Shown: positions 39,775-49,147, numbered from the stretch's first letter. The stretch: 64,000 nt of DNA from an uncultured Phycisphaerales bacterium (GCA_963758525.1 CAVWVQ010000003.1:2720001-2784000), one strand, 5' to 3'. Notes: generated by a model from the sequence alone, not told the origin. Program-made: numbers and translations.

Positions 39775-39947
39775 GATAGCTCGGTACTCGACATCGGGGT
39801 CGAACGAAAGCTTGCCAGAGCCGTGAGTGACGCGGCACGTATGTGATGAGCACATGGTCCGGTGCTCTTATTCGTTTTCTTGGCTGCAAATTTAGGACAT
39901 GGCAAGCGCGACGAACCGGCGACACAATCCTGTGGCAAAGGGCGATG

Positions 39948-40553
39948 TCATCGCCGCGTTGAGATATCGCCGCGATCCCAAGCGATCAATTCCTCGATCG
40001 CCGTCATCGCGTTACGCAGAGCCGACCGTGTCATCAGCGCCATCACGGCCTCGGGCAATGCGTTGAAATCGGCGAGGTTGGTGTGCTGCTCCGCGATTGT
40101 ACCCTTAACGGCCCAAAGTAATTCGCCCAGAGCCATCCAGGATCCAGCCCGCTGAGCCGGTGAACTGATCTTTCCAGCGCACACCACGTAGACGCGCTCG
40201 CTGGAACTTTGTTTGACCGCCTCGCAACAGGCCCGATCCATCGGCGTGTCGTTGTAGTTCACTTCGCTGCCGTCCGACGGCACGCATTCGATGAACATCC
40301 TCGGCTCGTGAAGTCCGACCAGACCAGGCTTCGGGTCGATGAGCAGCACACAGCTGGCGTTGTCTTCGATTGCGGTGATCAGATGGGGAAGCCGGAAGTT
40401 GATTGAGACATCGCTCATCGTTTCGAGGTCCTGTTCTCGTGGCAGAACTTCATGTGGTGTGACGGGGAGGTGGAGCAGCATGGCCGTATCCACCAGGGGT
40501 TTGATCTCCGTCAGCCACTTGCTGGCGATCTCGCGGAGTGCGTCAAAGATCAT
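39948..40553 (-). CDS. Hypothetical protein
   Basis: AAGGA RBS; directly follows the nuclease gene. Confidence 0.65.
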   Translation of the reverse strand: MIFDALREIASKWLTEIKPLVDTAMLLHLPVTPHEVLPREQDLETMSDVSINFRLPHLITAIEDNASCVLLIDPKPGLVGLHEPRMFIECVPSDGSEVNYNDTPMDRACCEAVKQSSSERVYVVCAGKISSPAQRAGSWMALGELLWAVKGTIAEQHTNLADFNALPEAVMALMTRSALRNAMTAIEELIAWDRGDISTRR

Positions 40554-41478
40554 GGGTGTTCCTTTCTTCCGTGTTCTTACCCTCTTGTTTCCCTGAGTGC
40601 CCGGCGAAGATCGGGCAGCGGGAACGAAACGGACAAGTCACGCAGTTCTGTGGCGACGGACTGGGGTAGAAATTGCCGCTCTGGATTGCCGCCCAGACCT
40701 GGGCGATGCCATCCCGCATGACATCGATCCGCTGCTCCTCTGCGGCGAGCGGCAGAATCTGCACGCGGGGAACCTTGTGCTTGGTGAGCACCGCGAAATG
40801 CAGCTTGATCGGCAGTCCCATGGAACGGGACATCTGCGCCAGCGTCTGACCGTACAGCACGAGCTGATCGCCCGACTCCTGTGCCTTCTGTTCGGTCCAG
40901 GAACTGCGGGATGTCTTAAAGTCAATGCAATGCAGCCAGCCGTCGGTATGCGTTAGCAAATCTACCTTGGTCAGCACATCAGGGAAACTTGCATCGAGCG
41001 TGACGGTGAGTGTTTCTTCGATGCCGAGAATCGTGCTCTTGGGGCTGGCGAGCGGTGAAGCCAGAAACGCCGTCAGCATCCGGCTGGCCAGTTCGTGAAG
41101 TGTGTCGGTGTTCTCGTTCTTGTTGAACCGCACGGGAACGGGCTTGCCCGACGTCGCGGGCCGCTTGCGCCAAGCATCGTGATACGCCGATAGCAATGCT
41201 TCAAGCGTCACGGCCAGACCCTCAAGTCTGGCCCGGAAATAAAGCTCCAGAGCCGCATGGATGCTGCCACCGAAGATCAAGCTGCTGGGAACGAAATCAG
41301 CCGGAGCATTCTCGACGTATTGAAAGGCGAACTTCCGAGGGCAGGCTCGAAAAAAGTAAAGCTGTGAGTGGGACAAGTACGGCCGCCCCGTGATCCGCTG
41401 GGCCAGCTGGTTGGGCGCACGGCTGCGCCGGTTCCCGGTGCGCGCAGCGTGAGCGGGCATGACCGTCTGCGTGGTCAT
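40543..41478 (-). CDS. PD-(D/E)XK RecB-family nuclease
   Basis: LSHSQL...CPRKF, GGSIH, E...KVDL...IDFKT, QLVLY, C..CPF...C (Fe-S-type cysteines). Confidence 0.92.
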   Translation of the reverse strand: MTTQTVMPAHAARTGNRRSRAPNQLAQRITGRPYLSHSQLYFFRACPRKFAFQYVENAPADFVPSSLIFGGSIHAALELYFRARLEGLAVTLEALLSAYHDAWRKRPATSGKPVPVRFNKNENTDTLHELASRMLTAFLASPLASPKSTILGIEETLTVTLDASFPDVLTKVDLLTHTDGWLHCIDFKTSRSSWTEQKAQESGDQLVLYGQTLAQMSRSMGLPIKLHFAVLTKHKVPRVQILPLAAEEQRIDVMRDGIAQVWAAIQSGNFYPSPSPQNCVTCPFRSRCPIFAGHSGKQEGKNTEERNTHDL

Positions 41479-41515
41479 GAGAACCTCCTTTCTTTTAGGT
41501 GTCGCGTGACGGCAA

Positions 41516-41537
41516 ATCTAAAAACCGGTTTTTAGAT
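41516..41537. promoter_or_regulatory. Perfect 22-bp palindrome upstream of the nuclease gene
   Basis: ATCTAAAAACCGGTTTTTAGAT; related TCAAAAACCAGTTTTTGA at 8473-8490. Confidence 0.6.
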
Positions 41538-41557
41538 GTAGCGAAATGTGGCCAGTC

Positions 41558-42022
41558 TCAGCGTCCTCGGTCTGCTGAGGTGAAGCACTTGAGGTGGTCG
41601 ATGAGATCACTGGCCTGCCGGACGCTCAGGTCGTCCAGCGCCACGCCGACGATCTGGTCGGATTCGTGTGCCGGATCAATGTTGGCGCGGCGGGCGATGG
41701 CGAAGATGGCCTTGCGCTGGCTTTCGGTCATGCCGCCGTGGTGACCATTGCCGTTACCGTTGCCGCCGTTGCGGTTGCTGGGAGCGCCGTTGCGCGAAGG
41801 GTATGGGCGCGACTGACGGGTGTCGTTGCGCGGGGCTCGACCCGCCTGTTGCTCAAGAGCCTGCTGGGCCTGCGCGTACAGGTTGCCGATCTCCTGCTGG
41901 AGTTCGTCGGGACGAGCCAGCAGCGATTGATCCAGCTCCGCGGTGACGTTGATCGAGACGCCGGTCGATTGGAAATTCCGGCTGGCTTTCCGGCTCAAGC
42001 CGACATTGACGGATAAGGGCAC
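41558..42022 (-). CDS. Hypothetical protein
   Basis: AAGGAG RBS with GTG start; NVGLSRK..NFQS.G.S; C-terminal T.SQ.KAI.AIA...LS..QAS.LID.LK. Confidence 0.75.
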   Translation of the reverse strand: MPLSVNVGLSRKASRNFQSTGVSINVTAELDQSLLARPDELQQEIGNLYAQAQQALEQQAGRAPRNDTRQSRPYPSRNGAPSNRNGGNGNGNGHHGGMTESQRKAIFAIARRANIDPAHESDQIVGVALDDLSVRQASDLIDHLKCFTSADRGR

Positions 42023-42290
42023 GGGAATCTCCTTTGCCCGAGAGGGCGGTTGTGGGTGTGAAGAAGGGCGGATGGCTATCCATCTGCACCTCACAGGTAT
42101 TGACGCAAAACGGGCTGCAATTTAGCTCAGAGGTTCCGATCTCAGACTCGGCGTCGAGTCGAGACTTAGAACGCCGTCGATCATGGAATGAATGCGGGGA
42201 AAAGAGCAGAAGGTAGTCGGCAATATCGCCGGACGACATGTTCGACGGATCAAGCGAACAGCGTTGCTGGAAATTGATGAGTCGGATACA

Positions 42291-42455
42291 TCACTTTTTA
42301 GCCTCCCTGGAGTCTGCGGCACATTGAGGGCAAACAGATCCCACTGGAAACGGAATTTGGTGCTTCGGACACAAGTTGCGTGTGATGGTCTCTGTCCTCA
42401 CCTTGTCCGTCGCCGGTTGGTTTTTCTCATCAGTGATGATTTTGTGTTTTGCCAT
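42291..42455 (-). CDS. Zinc-finger microprotein 2 (CxKH-x9-CPxC)
   Basis: 54 aa, CPKHQIPFPVGSVCPQCA; paralog of the adjacent gene. Confidence 0.65.
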   Translation of the reverse strand: MAKHKIITDEKNQPATDKVRTETITRNLCPKHQIPFPVGSVCPQCAADSREAKK

Positions 42456-42459
42456 TTTA

Positions 42460-42603
42460 CTATTCTTTATTCGCGGTCCGCGCACATTTCGGACAAGACG
42501 AGCCTTTGGGGTATGTGATTCCGTGCTTCGCGCATTTGCTTCTATTTACAACGGCAGTCACAGTTTTTCTTGGCTTGTTTTGTCCGTGCTTATTGATCGC
42601 CAT
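42460..42603 (-). CDS. Zinc-finger microprotein 1 (CxKH-x9-CPxC)
   Basis: 47 aa, CAKHGITYPKGSSCPKCA; GAGG RBS; overlaps the upstream stop. Confidence 0.65.
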   Translation of the reverse strand: MAINKHGQNKPRKTVTAVVNRSKCAKHGITYPKGSSCPKCARTANKE

Positions 42604-43411
42604 TGTGACCTCGGTTCGCCCGCCAAAATTGAGCATCCGCAATCAGCCTTGCCCCGATGAATCCTACCATTGCTACAGACGCAATCACAATCACTACTAT
42701 CACCGGCCCTGACGACCAAGAGTATACTGCTGCCAGTAACCAGACGGCAGACAAGGCGAGCAAAGAATAAGCCGTTTCAAGCAACCCGTCGCTGAGCTGG
42801 TCAATCCAGTAATAGAACTTGTGTTCTTGTAGTGATGCAGTGGTGAGAAAACAGAAGAAGCTGACTGCTGCATAGTAGATCGCCGGCAACAAGTCCTTCA
42901 CCAATAGCCCACCAACAACTGCAAGTCCCGCAACGAATGTAATACTGAAGCTAGCGAGCATCAAGGCGGTTTCACGGTGCGCGTCGGTGTCTCGCTCATC
43001 CTCTCCCAGAAGCCGCCACAACTCCGGCCGCAAGATAAGCACCAGAACGAGCCTTGGCAGCAGCGGGACAAGTGGCAAAAAGTACCAGAAGCATTTCGCG
43101 GAGCCATTGATTGCAGATGTCTTCGCTGCCGCTCCAGCAGCTTCCTCGGTTTTGATTTCCGCATCGAGCGATTCAACCGCGATCGACAACCGAGAAATCG
43201 CTTCATTCTCGCTCTGGGCGCGAAGTTGTGCACTCTTCTCGGTCGCCTCCAAAGTTCGAGCCAAACGATCCATGCTGGATACAACGGTGTTGTTTGCACA
43301 CCGCGCTGGCAGTTTCATTTTTTGGGTTGGAGTGTCAGCTGAGGCGATAATTGCGTTAAGCAGGAAGGCGACGAACGCGGGCAAGCAGAGCCAGTATCGA
43401 CAATGATTCAT
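42590..43411 (-). CDS. Multi-TM protein with signal peptide and exported coiled coil
   Basis: Signal peptide, helical region, about five hydrophobic segments. Confidence 0.75.
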   Translation of the reverse strand: MNHCRYWLCLPAFVAFLLNAIIASADTPTQKMKLPARCANNTVVSSMDRLARTLEATEKSAQLRAQSENEAISRLSIAVESLDAEIKTEEAAGAAAKTSAINGSAKCFWYFLPLVPLLPRLVLVLILRPELWRLLGEDERDTDAHRETALMLASFSITFVAGLAVVGGLLVKDLLPAIYYAAVSFFCFLTTASLQEHKFYYWIDQLSDGLLETAYSLLALSAVWLLAAVYSWSSGPVIVVIVIASVAMVGFIGARLIADAQFWRANRGHNGDQ

Positions 43412-43691
43412 GGTCTTCTCGGCACGTCTCTCAGTTAGTTAGAACGGGGCTTGGGTTGACGAGCTACGACCCGCTCTCCGGCCAAGCCGGCATTCAAGCT
43501 CAGGAATCGGCTTCGACAATGAAGGCGCGAAATCAAAGAGCTGAGCACAAGTCTTCCGAAGGCATGCGGCAATGTCAACCGCCTAGTTTCTGGATGGCCC
43601 GCGGTCCGGCGGCCGATGCGTTGGGCCGAGATTCGACTCGATTGCCCGAATTCCGGGTTCGCTATGTTCCGAACAGGGGACGGGAGCAGAT

Positions 43692-43961
43692 ATGACTCCT
43701 GACCAAAGCTGGGGCGTCGAAGGGCTCACCCTCGCCGTCCTTCATCAGATCGAATCGTCGGGGTACGCCGTGAGCGTCCATCGGCTCGGCGGCTCGCTCC
43801 ACGGGACTCTGCCACCATCTATCGAGATGCACGCCGTTCGCCTCGACGCCACTGAGCCGCCGCAGATCGCCCGCGTTGTCATCGAGAGCGTTGACGATCC
43901 GGAGTATCACTGCGCCTGCCTGTTGGCGCACGCCGTTGGAATCGACCTTGAAGACGGTTAG
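43692..43961 (+). CDS. Small hypothetical protein
   Basis: GGAG RBS; 89 aa; ends VGIDLEDG. Confidence 0.65.
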   Translation: MTPDQSWGVEGLTLAVLHQIESSGYAVSVHRLGGSLHGTLPPSIEMHAVRLDATEPPQIARVVIESVDDPEYHCACLLAHAVGIDLEDG

Positions 43962-43970
43962 AACACGCCG

Positions 43971-44723
43971 GTGATCACAGTGACGGCTGATTCTCTCCTG
44001 CCCAAGTACGCGGACGCAATCAGAGAGCTGCCTGCCGGTCCCCTTTCTTTAGCGATGTTGGCGGAGCGCTTCACGCTGTATCACGAAGTCAGGGTTCGGA
44101 TCGTTTACGCGCCATTCGATTTTGTGAATACGTCGGCGCGCATTGCCATCGTCGGCATCACGCCAGGCCTTTCTCAGGCGCAAATCGCCTTCGAGTCAGT
44201 CAGAGCGGCGCTGGTCGGCGGCAAGTCCCTCGAACAAGCTGCTAAAGAAGCGAAGACAGCCGCCAGCTTCGCCGGTCCGATGCGCTCGAATCTCTGTTCC
44301 ATGCTCGACGCCATCGGACTGCCGGCAGTTCTGGGGATTCCGAACTCCGTGGCGCTGTTCGATCAATCATCCGATCTGCTTCACTGCACGTCGGTCATCC
44401 GTTACCCGGTATTCGTGAATGCTGAGAACTACGGCGGGTCCAATCCATATGCCTGGAAACATCCGGCGCTGCTGGCGTACATCAAGGATGTACTGGCCGC
44501 GGAACTGCAAGCTGTCACCGGGTCATTGATCGTGCCGTTGGGGAAGGCTGCGGAGCGCGCAGTCAGGTATCTGGTCTGGAGTCACCGGCTCGACGAGCGA
44601 CGGTGTCTGATCGGCTTGCCTCATCCTTCCGGCGGGAATGGGCATCGAGTCGGGCAGTTCAACCAGCAGCGCAAGGCCCTGACGAGGCAGTTGAACGGGT
44701 GGAGCGAGCTGGTCGAGGACTGA
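43971..44723 (+). CDS. Uracil-DNA glycosylase superfamily protein
   Basis: IAIVGITPG (motif A-like), SFAG, IVPLG, LPHPSG (motif B-like). Confidence 0.75.
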   Translation: MITVTADSLLPKYADAIRELPAGPLSLAMLAERFTLYHEVRVRIVYAPFDFVNTSARIAIVGITPGLSQAQIAFESVRAALVGGKSLEQAAKEAKTAASFAGPMRSNLCSMLDAIGLPAVLGIPNSVALFDQSSDLLHCTSVIRYPVFVNAENYGGSNPYAWKHPALLAYIKDVLAAELQAVTGSLIVPLGKAAERAVRYLVWSHRLDERRCLIGLPHPSGGNGHRVGQFNQQRKALTRQLNGWSELVED

Positions 44724-44735
44724 ATCGCGGCGGCC

Positions 44736-45329
44736 CTACCCTCCAACGGTCTTTTGCAGCGCCACCATTTTCCGGTTCGCGGCTCTTAGTTCCTTGAGTA
44801 CCGCAGGCGAGAGCCGAAATGCGGGCTTCCCGGCGGGCATGACCTCTTGCATCAAGCCTTTCCACTTGCGGGAAAGTTTTGCGATCGACACCAACGCCTC
44901 CCCCGCGTCCTCCGGCGTATGAGCATGCCTGCCAGCCAGGGCTCTTCGCTGGCCGAATTTTTTGAGGATCTCCGAGTCCAATCGATTGCGACTCCATTTC
45001 CCAGCGATAGCCAGCCGTTCCAGTCGACACCGTGCCTCGCCTTTTGGTACTGACAACAGTCTGATGATGTGGCTGAAGCCCAGGGCGTATCCGGATTCCC
45101 GGGCGTCCTTGATCAACTGATCGAGTTCTCTGCGGGTATAGCCGACTTTCGGGTCAGCACAGACGCGGGCTTTTCGGAGCATTTCGGTGCTGGTTCCCCG
45201 TTTTTGAACCTCCAGCATGCCGCCATACGCCATGCGCTCCCGATATTGCTCCAAGCTTCCCTTGCCCTGATCGTAGAACTTTTCGATGTCCCTGAGTGAC
45301 TGCTCTACGCGCCGTTGTGTCTTCTGCAT
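44736..45329 (-). CDS. DUF1016 N-terminal-like helical protein
   Basis: LGFSHIIRLLSV...R......A....WS...L...I resembles the LSWSHY..LL..WS.R.L pattern. Confidence 0.45.
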   Translation of the reverse strand: MQKTQRRVEQSLRDIEKFYDQGKGSLEQYRERMAYGGMLEVQKRGTSTEMLRKARVCADPKVGYTRRELDQLIKDARESGYALGFSHIIRLLSVPKGEARCRLERLAIAGKWSRNRLDSEILKKFGQRRALAGRHAHTPEDAGEALVSIAKLSRKWKGLMQEVMPAGKPAFRLSPAVLKELRAANRKMVALQKTVGG

Positions 45330-45559
45330 GTGCTCACCAGCCACTGGAGAGAAATGATCTGCGTCAATGGCCCAGCCATTGGAGACGAGCGTACTGAGAA
45401 GACGCCACGGTGAACAGATCGTGCAACCTGGGCGAGTCCGTTCCAGATCGGAAATAAATCGCCGGCATATCGAAGGTGCGCGAGTCTGCCGGCCACAATC
45501 GAGCCGTGACCAGGACAGGCGTGACGCTCAAAAATGGATTGAGTAACATCGCGGACACG

Positions 45560-46093
45560 ATGTCCGAAGAGCCGGTGCCCGCTACGACGGAAGAAGAGAT
45601 GGACCCAATGTTCAGAGTGTCGTGCCCTCTCGCGATCCCTGTGTCTGAACTGGGCGACCAGGATATTTTTTGCCACAAATGCCAGAAGCAACTTGAGGAG
45701 GCCTGTTTCGACGGTTTCGGCAGGTACTACTGTGAAAAGTGCATGGAGACGCGAATTGCGCGCGTGGAAAAGAGAGCAGAAAGTTATGCGGCGTCGCAGT
45801 GCAGGATCACCGCGCAACTTCCAAAATACGATCGAGCGTTCGAATTTCGCTGCACTCCAGAGGACTACGAAATGGGCGCGAAGGAATCATATTCGCCGAA
45901 CGCATATCTGGCGCATTGTCGCCACAACTGCACGAACTACGAAATTCTCATCGAGAGACTGGATCCAGAGCAGATAGCGCACAAGGTCTGGTATTGGGCG
46001 ATAAGGGACAGAATTGAGACGCTGTTGCAGGACGCGATCGACGAAAGAGAGCTGCTCGATGATGATGAGGATGAAAGCGAGTCCTGGCGTTGA
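45560..46093 (+). CDS. Cys-rich hypothetical protein
   Basis: CHKC, CEKC, AHCRHNCTNYE; acidic tail. Confidence 0.65.
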   Translation: MSEEPVPATTEEEMDPMFRVSCPLAIPVSELGDQDIFCHKCQKQLEEACFDGFGRYYCEKCMETRIARVEKRAESYAASQCRITAQLPKYDRAFEFRCTPEDYEMGAKESYSPNAYLAHCRHNCTNYEILIERLDPEQIAHKVWYWAIRDRIETLLQDAIDERELLDDDEDESESWR

Positions 46094-46320
46094 AGCCGGG
46101 CGGTGATTGTGAGCCCCAGGAGCTTCGCAGCAAACCCTGCCGTTGTGAAAACTCTGTGTAAACTAGGCTCGAAACCGTGGTGAATCGCCATGAGTGCCCG
46201 TGATCCGCAGTGAATTCCAATGAAATTCGTAACTCCTGGTCCGATCAGTGCGTATGATACAAACACGGGCTTGTTAAAGAGTTGCAGTCGGCGATGGGGC
46301 CGTTTCCCCGTCTCTCCGTT

Positions 46321-46494
46321 TTAAGTTGCCCGCCCTAGAACCGTGAAATGAATCCCCTCGAGCGCAAGAGCGGGCAACGCCGTCTCCGGAACGACGGTCT
46401 CGCCGGTGGACCAGGTTTTGAAGGGAAACCGACCGACCAAGTAAGCCAACGCACGTCGCTCGGTCGCAAGATCAGCAAATCGGATCTTGATCAT
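46321..46494 (-). CDS. Small hypothetical protein
   Basis: GGAG RBS; MIKIRF..ERRAL.YL.GRF.FK.W..GE..VPE.AL..LA.EGI.FTV. Confidence 0.5.
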   Translation of the reverse strand: MIKIRFADLATERRALAYLVGRFPFKTWSTGETVVPETALPALALEGIHFTVLGRAT

Positions 46495-46581
46495 CTCAAC
46501 TCCAGCCGTATCGTAGCCGTAAACCTCTCTGTTTGCATGCCCAGCTTCCGCCTCGGCGGGTTTGCTTCTATCCTCGTTTGC

Positions 46582-47781
46582 TTGAAGATCCTTCTTCCCA
46601 TTCTCCATGCCGATCCCGCTCGCGGCGGGGCGGAGCGCTACACGATCGATCTGGCGGCCGGACTGCGCGCGCGCGGACACGATGTGCGCATCGCCGCTTC
46701 GACGTTCGAAGCAAAAGTGCAAACCCCTACCGATGTCGTGATTGACGCCGGCGGGTCGACGCGACACAGCCGGTATCTGCGGTTCCTCGATGGCCTCGAC
46801 CGTCACCTGGCCGCTCAGCGGTACGACATCGTTCATGCGATGCTGCCGGTCCGGTATTGCGATATTTACCATCCGCACGCGGGCATTGCGGCCGCCGCGC
46901 TGGCTGGCGGACATCTCAAGCATGACGGCGCGTTCATGCAGACCGTGTCGCGCGTCGCCACACGCCTCAATCGCCGCCGGCAGCGCTTCGGGGAAGTCGA
47001 GCGCTCGCTCCTGACCGGGCCGCGGCCGCCAGTGGTCCTGTGTCTCTCGCAATACGTGCGGGCCAATGTGCAGAAGCATTACACACTTGCAGATTCGCAA
47101 TTGGCGACGCTTTTCAATGCCGTCGATCTCTCCCGCTTTGACCCCGCCGCCCGCCCTGACGCGGGCGTTGAGGCGCGACGACAGCTCAATATCAATGCCG
47201 ACGCGATCGTCGCGCTGATGATCGCCAACGACTTTGAGCGAAAGGGACTGCGCGAAGCGATCCAGGCGACGGCCAGGGTGAATGATCGGCGCTTGCTGCT
47301 GGTCGTCGTCGGCAGAGACAAGCCCGGTCCCTATCGCGCCGTGGCGGAACAAAACAAAAACGCGAAAGTTCTTTTCGCCGGCGCCACGGATGATCCGTAC
47401 GCCCTCTACCGCGCCGCCGATTTCTTCCTGTTGCCAACCCGGCACGATCCGTGCAGCCTGGTGGTGCTGGAGGCATTGGCGATGGGATTGCCGGTGATCA
47501 GCACGATTTTCAACGGCGCGTGCGAAATCATGACCGACGGCCGCGAGGGTCTTGTGTTGCGTGATTCCTCCGACATCGTCACGCTGGCGGAAGCAATTCG
47601 TCAGATGCTCGATCCGAAGGTGCGCGCCGCCGCGTCCGCGGCAGCACTCGCGCTGCGGCCGCAACTCGCGTACAGCCGCCACCTTGACGCGCTGGAGGAA
47701 ATCTATCGGCGACGCGGTGTGCCTTCCGCCGGCAGTGAACCGCCGCTGATCCCTTCTCCCGGCACCGCGGGAGAAAGTTAG
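46582..47781 (+). CDS. Glycosyltransferase family 4 (WaaG-like)
   Basis: GGAERY, NDFERKGL, LPTRHDPCSLVVLEALAMGLPVI. Confidence 0.92.
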   Translation: MKILLPILHADPARGGAERYTIDLAAGLRARGHDVRIAASTFEAKVQTPTDVVIDAGGSTRHSRYLRFLDGLDRHLAAQRYDIVHAMLPVRYCDIYHPHAGIAAAALAGGHLKHDGAFMQTVSRVATRLNRRRQRFGEVERSLLTGPRPPVVLCLSQYVRANVQKHYTLADSQLATLFNAVDLSRFDPAARPDAGVEARRQLNINADAIVALMIANDFERKGLREAIQATARVNDRRLLLVVVGRDKPGPYRAVAEQNKNAKVLFAGATDDPYALYRAADFFLLPTRHDPCSLVVLEALAMGLPVISTIFNGACEIMTDGREGLVLRDSSDIVTLAEAIRQMLDPKVRAAASAAALALRPQLAYSRHLDALEEIYRRRGVPSAGSEPPLIPSPGTAGES

Positions 47782-47819
47782 CATCCGGGCGTCACCAGAA
47801 GTTAGGAAAGTAAGCCGTC

Positions 47820-48653
47820 ATGTGTAGAATGCGGTGTCGTCTGCCGCGGGGAGATTCGATGGCGGTTCGATTGAAGGAGACTGGCAAGTGTGCTTGCGGT
47901 ACCCGCCTGCGGGCATTCGTCTTCGTCGCCTGGTCGTTGCTTGTCCCGGCGGTTCTCTGCGCTCAAACCGGCTTCGCTCCCGGGCAACCGACAAAACTCC
48001 CGATCGACGCCAAGTTCGTGGTTTCCAGCGCAATCGATAGCGGCGGCGCGATCTGGATCGGCACGGAAGATCAGGGGGTCTGGCGCGTGAGTGAAGGGAC
48101 GGCAGCCCATTTCACCACGGCCGACGGGTTGGGTGACGATGACGCATATGCAATTGCCGTGGATCTTCAGGGTCGCGCGTGGGTCGGCCATTCGAGTCAT
48201 GGCGTGTCCGTGTTTGATGGGGCGGGACACTGGCGGAATTATGACGTGACGTCGGGGCCATGGGGTTCGCGCGTCTTTTCCATCGCTGTTTGTCCGATCG
48301 ATGGCGACGTTTGGATCGCGACGGAGGCGGGGCTCACCCGCTACGCGCCGCGAACCGATACCTGGTCGAACATCGATCGGACCAGCGGACTGCCGGCGAA
48401 CGAAACCAACGCCCTGGCGTTTAACGCGAAAGGCGATCTGTTTGCCGGTCTGCAGTGTGGCGGCATCGCGATCGCGCGGCGCAGCGACGGCTATCGCACC
48501 TGGCGATCCACTTCCGGCCCGGATCAGATGCCAACGACACCAACCGGCGACGGACTTCCCACTCCGTTGGTCAATGCGTTAATCGTTGCCCGCGAGGCGG
48601 CACATAGCTTTGCTGGAGGGAACCCTGCACCTGTGGGCGGCGAGCGGATTTGA
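47820..48653 (+). CDS. Two-component-regulator beta-propeller repeat protein, apparently truncated
   Basis: Repeats IWIGTEDQGV, FTTADGL, AWVG, VWIATEAGL, GLP.N..NAL; breaks off near 48600. Confidence 0.75.
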   Translation: MCRMRCRLPRGDSMAVRLKETGKCACGTRLRAFVFVAWSLLVPAVLCAQTGFAPGQPTKLPIDAKFVVSSAIDSGGAIWIGTEDQGVWRVSEGTAAHFTTADGLGDDDAYAIAVDLQGRAWVGHSSHGVSVFDGAGHWRNYDVTSGPWGSRVFSIAVCPIDGDVWIATEAGLTRYAPRTDTWSNIDRTSGLPANETNALAFNAKGDLFAGLQCGGIAIARRSDGYRTWRSTSGPDQMPTTPTGDGLPTPLVNALIVAREAAHSFAGGNPAPVGGERI

Positions 48654-49032
48654 GGAACTCCAGGCCGATCATCTCGACCAGACGGTCAGAAAACCTCGGA
48701 CCATCACGCTCGCCAGCGGACTACAGATCGCCATTGAACAGCAGAAGCCGCGCGGGCAGGAGCTGACGATCACCCTCGGCATGCTCCGGCATGACAAGCC
48801 GGTTACGGAGTGGAACTTGCTCGAGCGCCGCCTCCGCTCCATCCGGCTGACAGCAATCGATTCCAGCGAACATCACACCGAGATCGAACACAACGGCGAA
48901 AGCTGGAGTCCCAACGAGCACTGGATTCACTTCAATACGAAGCTGCCCGCGCCGGTGAAGGTCATCGCGCGCGTGCCGGTCGACGTCGAAATCCAAATCC
49001 CTTTTTCGCTTCACGATCTTCCGCTGCCATAG
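48586..49032 (+). other. C-terminal fragment of an unrelated gene
   Basis: Protein-like frame ending IPFSLHDLPLP with no convincing start. Confidence 0.45.
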
Positions 49033-49090
49033 GCCGGGAAGCAGGTTCCAATCGAATGAGAGCAATTTTCCGGGTTGGAGGTGGCGGCCA

Positions 49091-49147
49091 TTGTGGTGCG
49101 GGCTTCCAGCCTGCTCCGCAGGGGCAGGCTGGAAGCCTGCACCACAA
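49091..49147. repeat. GTGG-type REP palindrome
   Basis: TTGTGGTGCGGGCTTCCAGCCTGC, 9 nt loop, GCAGGCTGGAAGCCTGCACCACAA, between convergent genes. Confidence 0.8.

Larger units (their letters stand above)
17279..42022 (-). mobile_element. Putative integrated (ICE/plasmid-like) element core; ends not defined
   Basis: Long co-oriented run of nuclease, ligase, clamp-like, ATPase, Ubl-system and unknown genes. Decayed duplicates lie nearby. No integrase seen. Confidence 0.6.

Noticed and set aside
40543..41478. Cas4 of a CRISPR system
   Set aside because: No array or other cas genes; best treated as a stand-alone RecB-family nuclease.
46280..46325. tRNA gene
   Set aside because: No cloverleaf or intact T-loop could be built.
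46495..47784. Long minus-strand ORF 46321-47784 and similar antisense ORFs (18292-19332, 19884-20789, 34350-35387)
   Set aside because: Shadow frames of real genes in GC-rich DNA; only the last 57 codons of 46321-47784 look like a real small gene.
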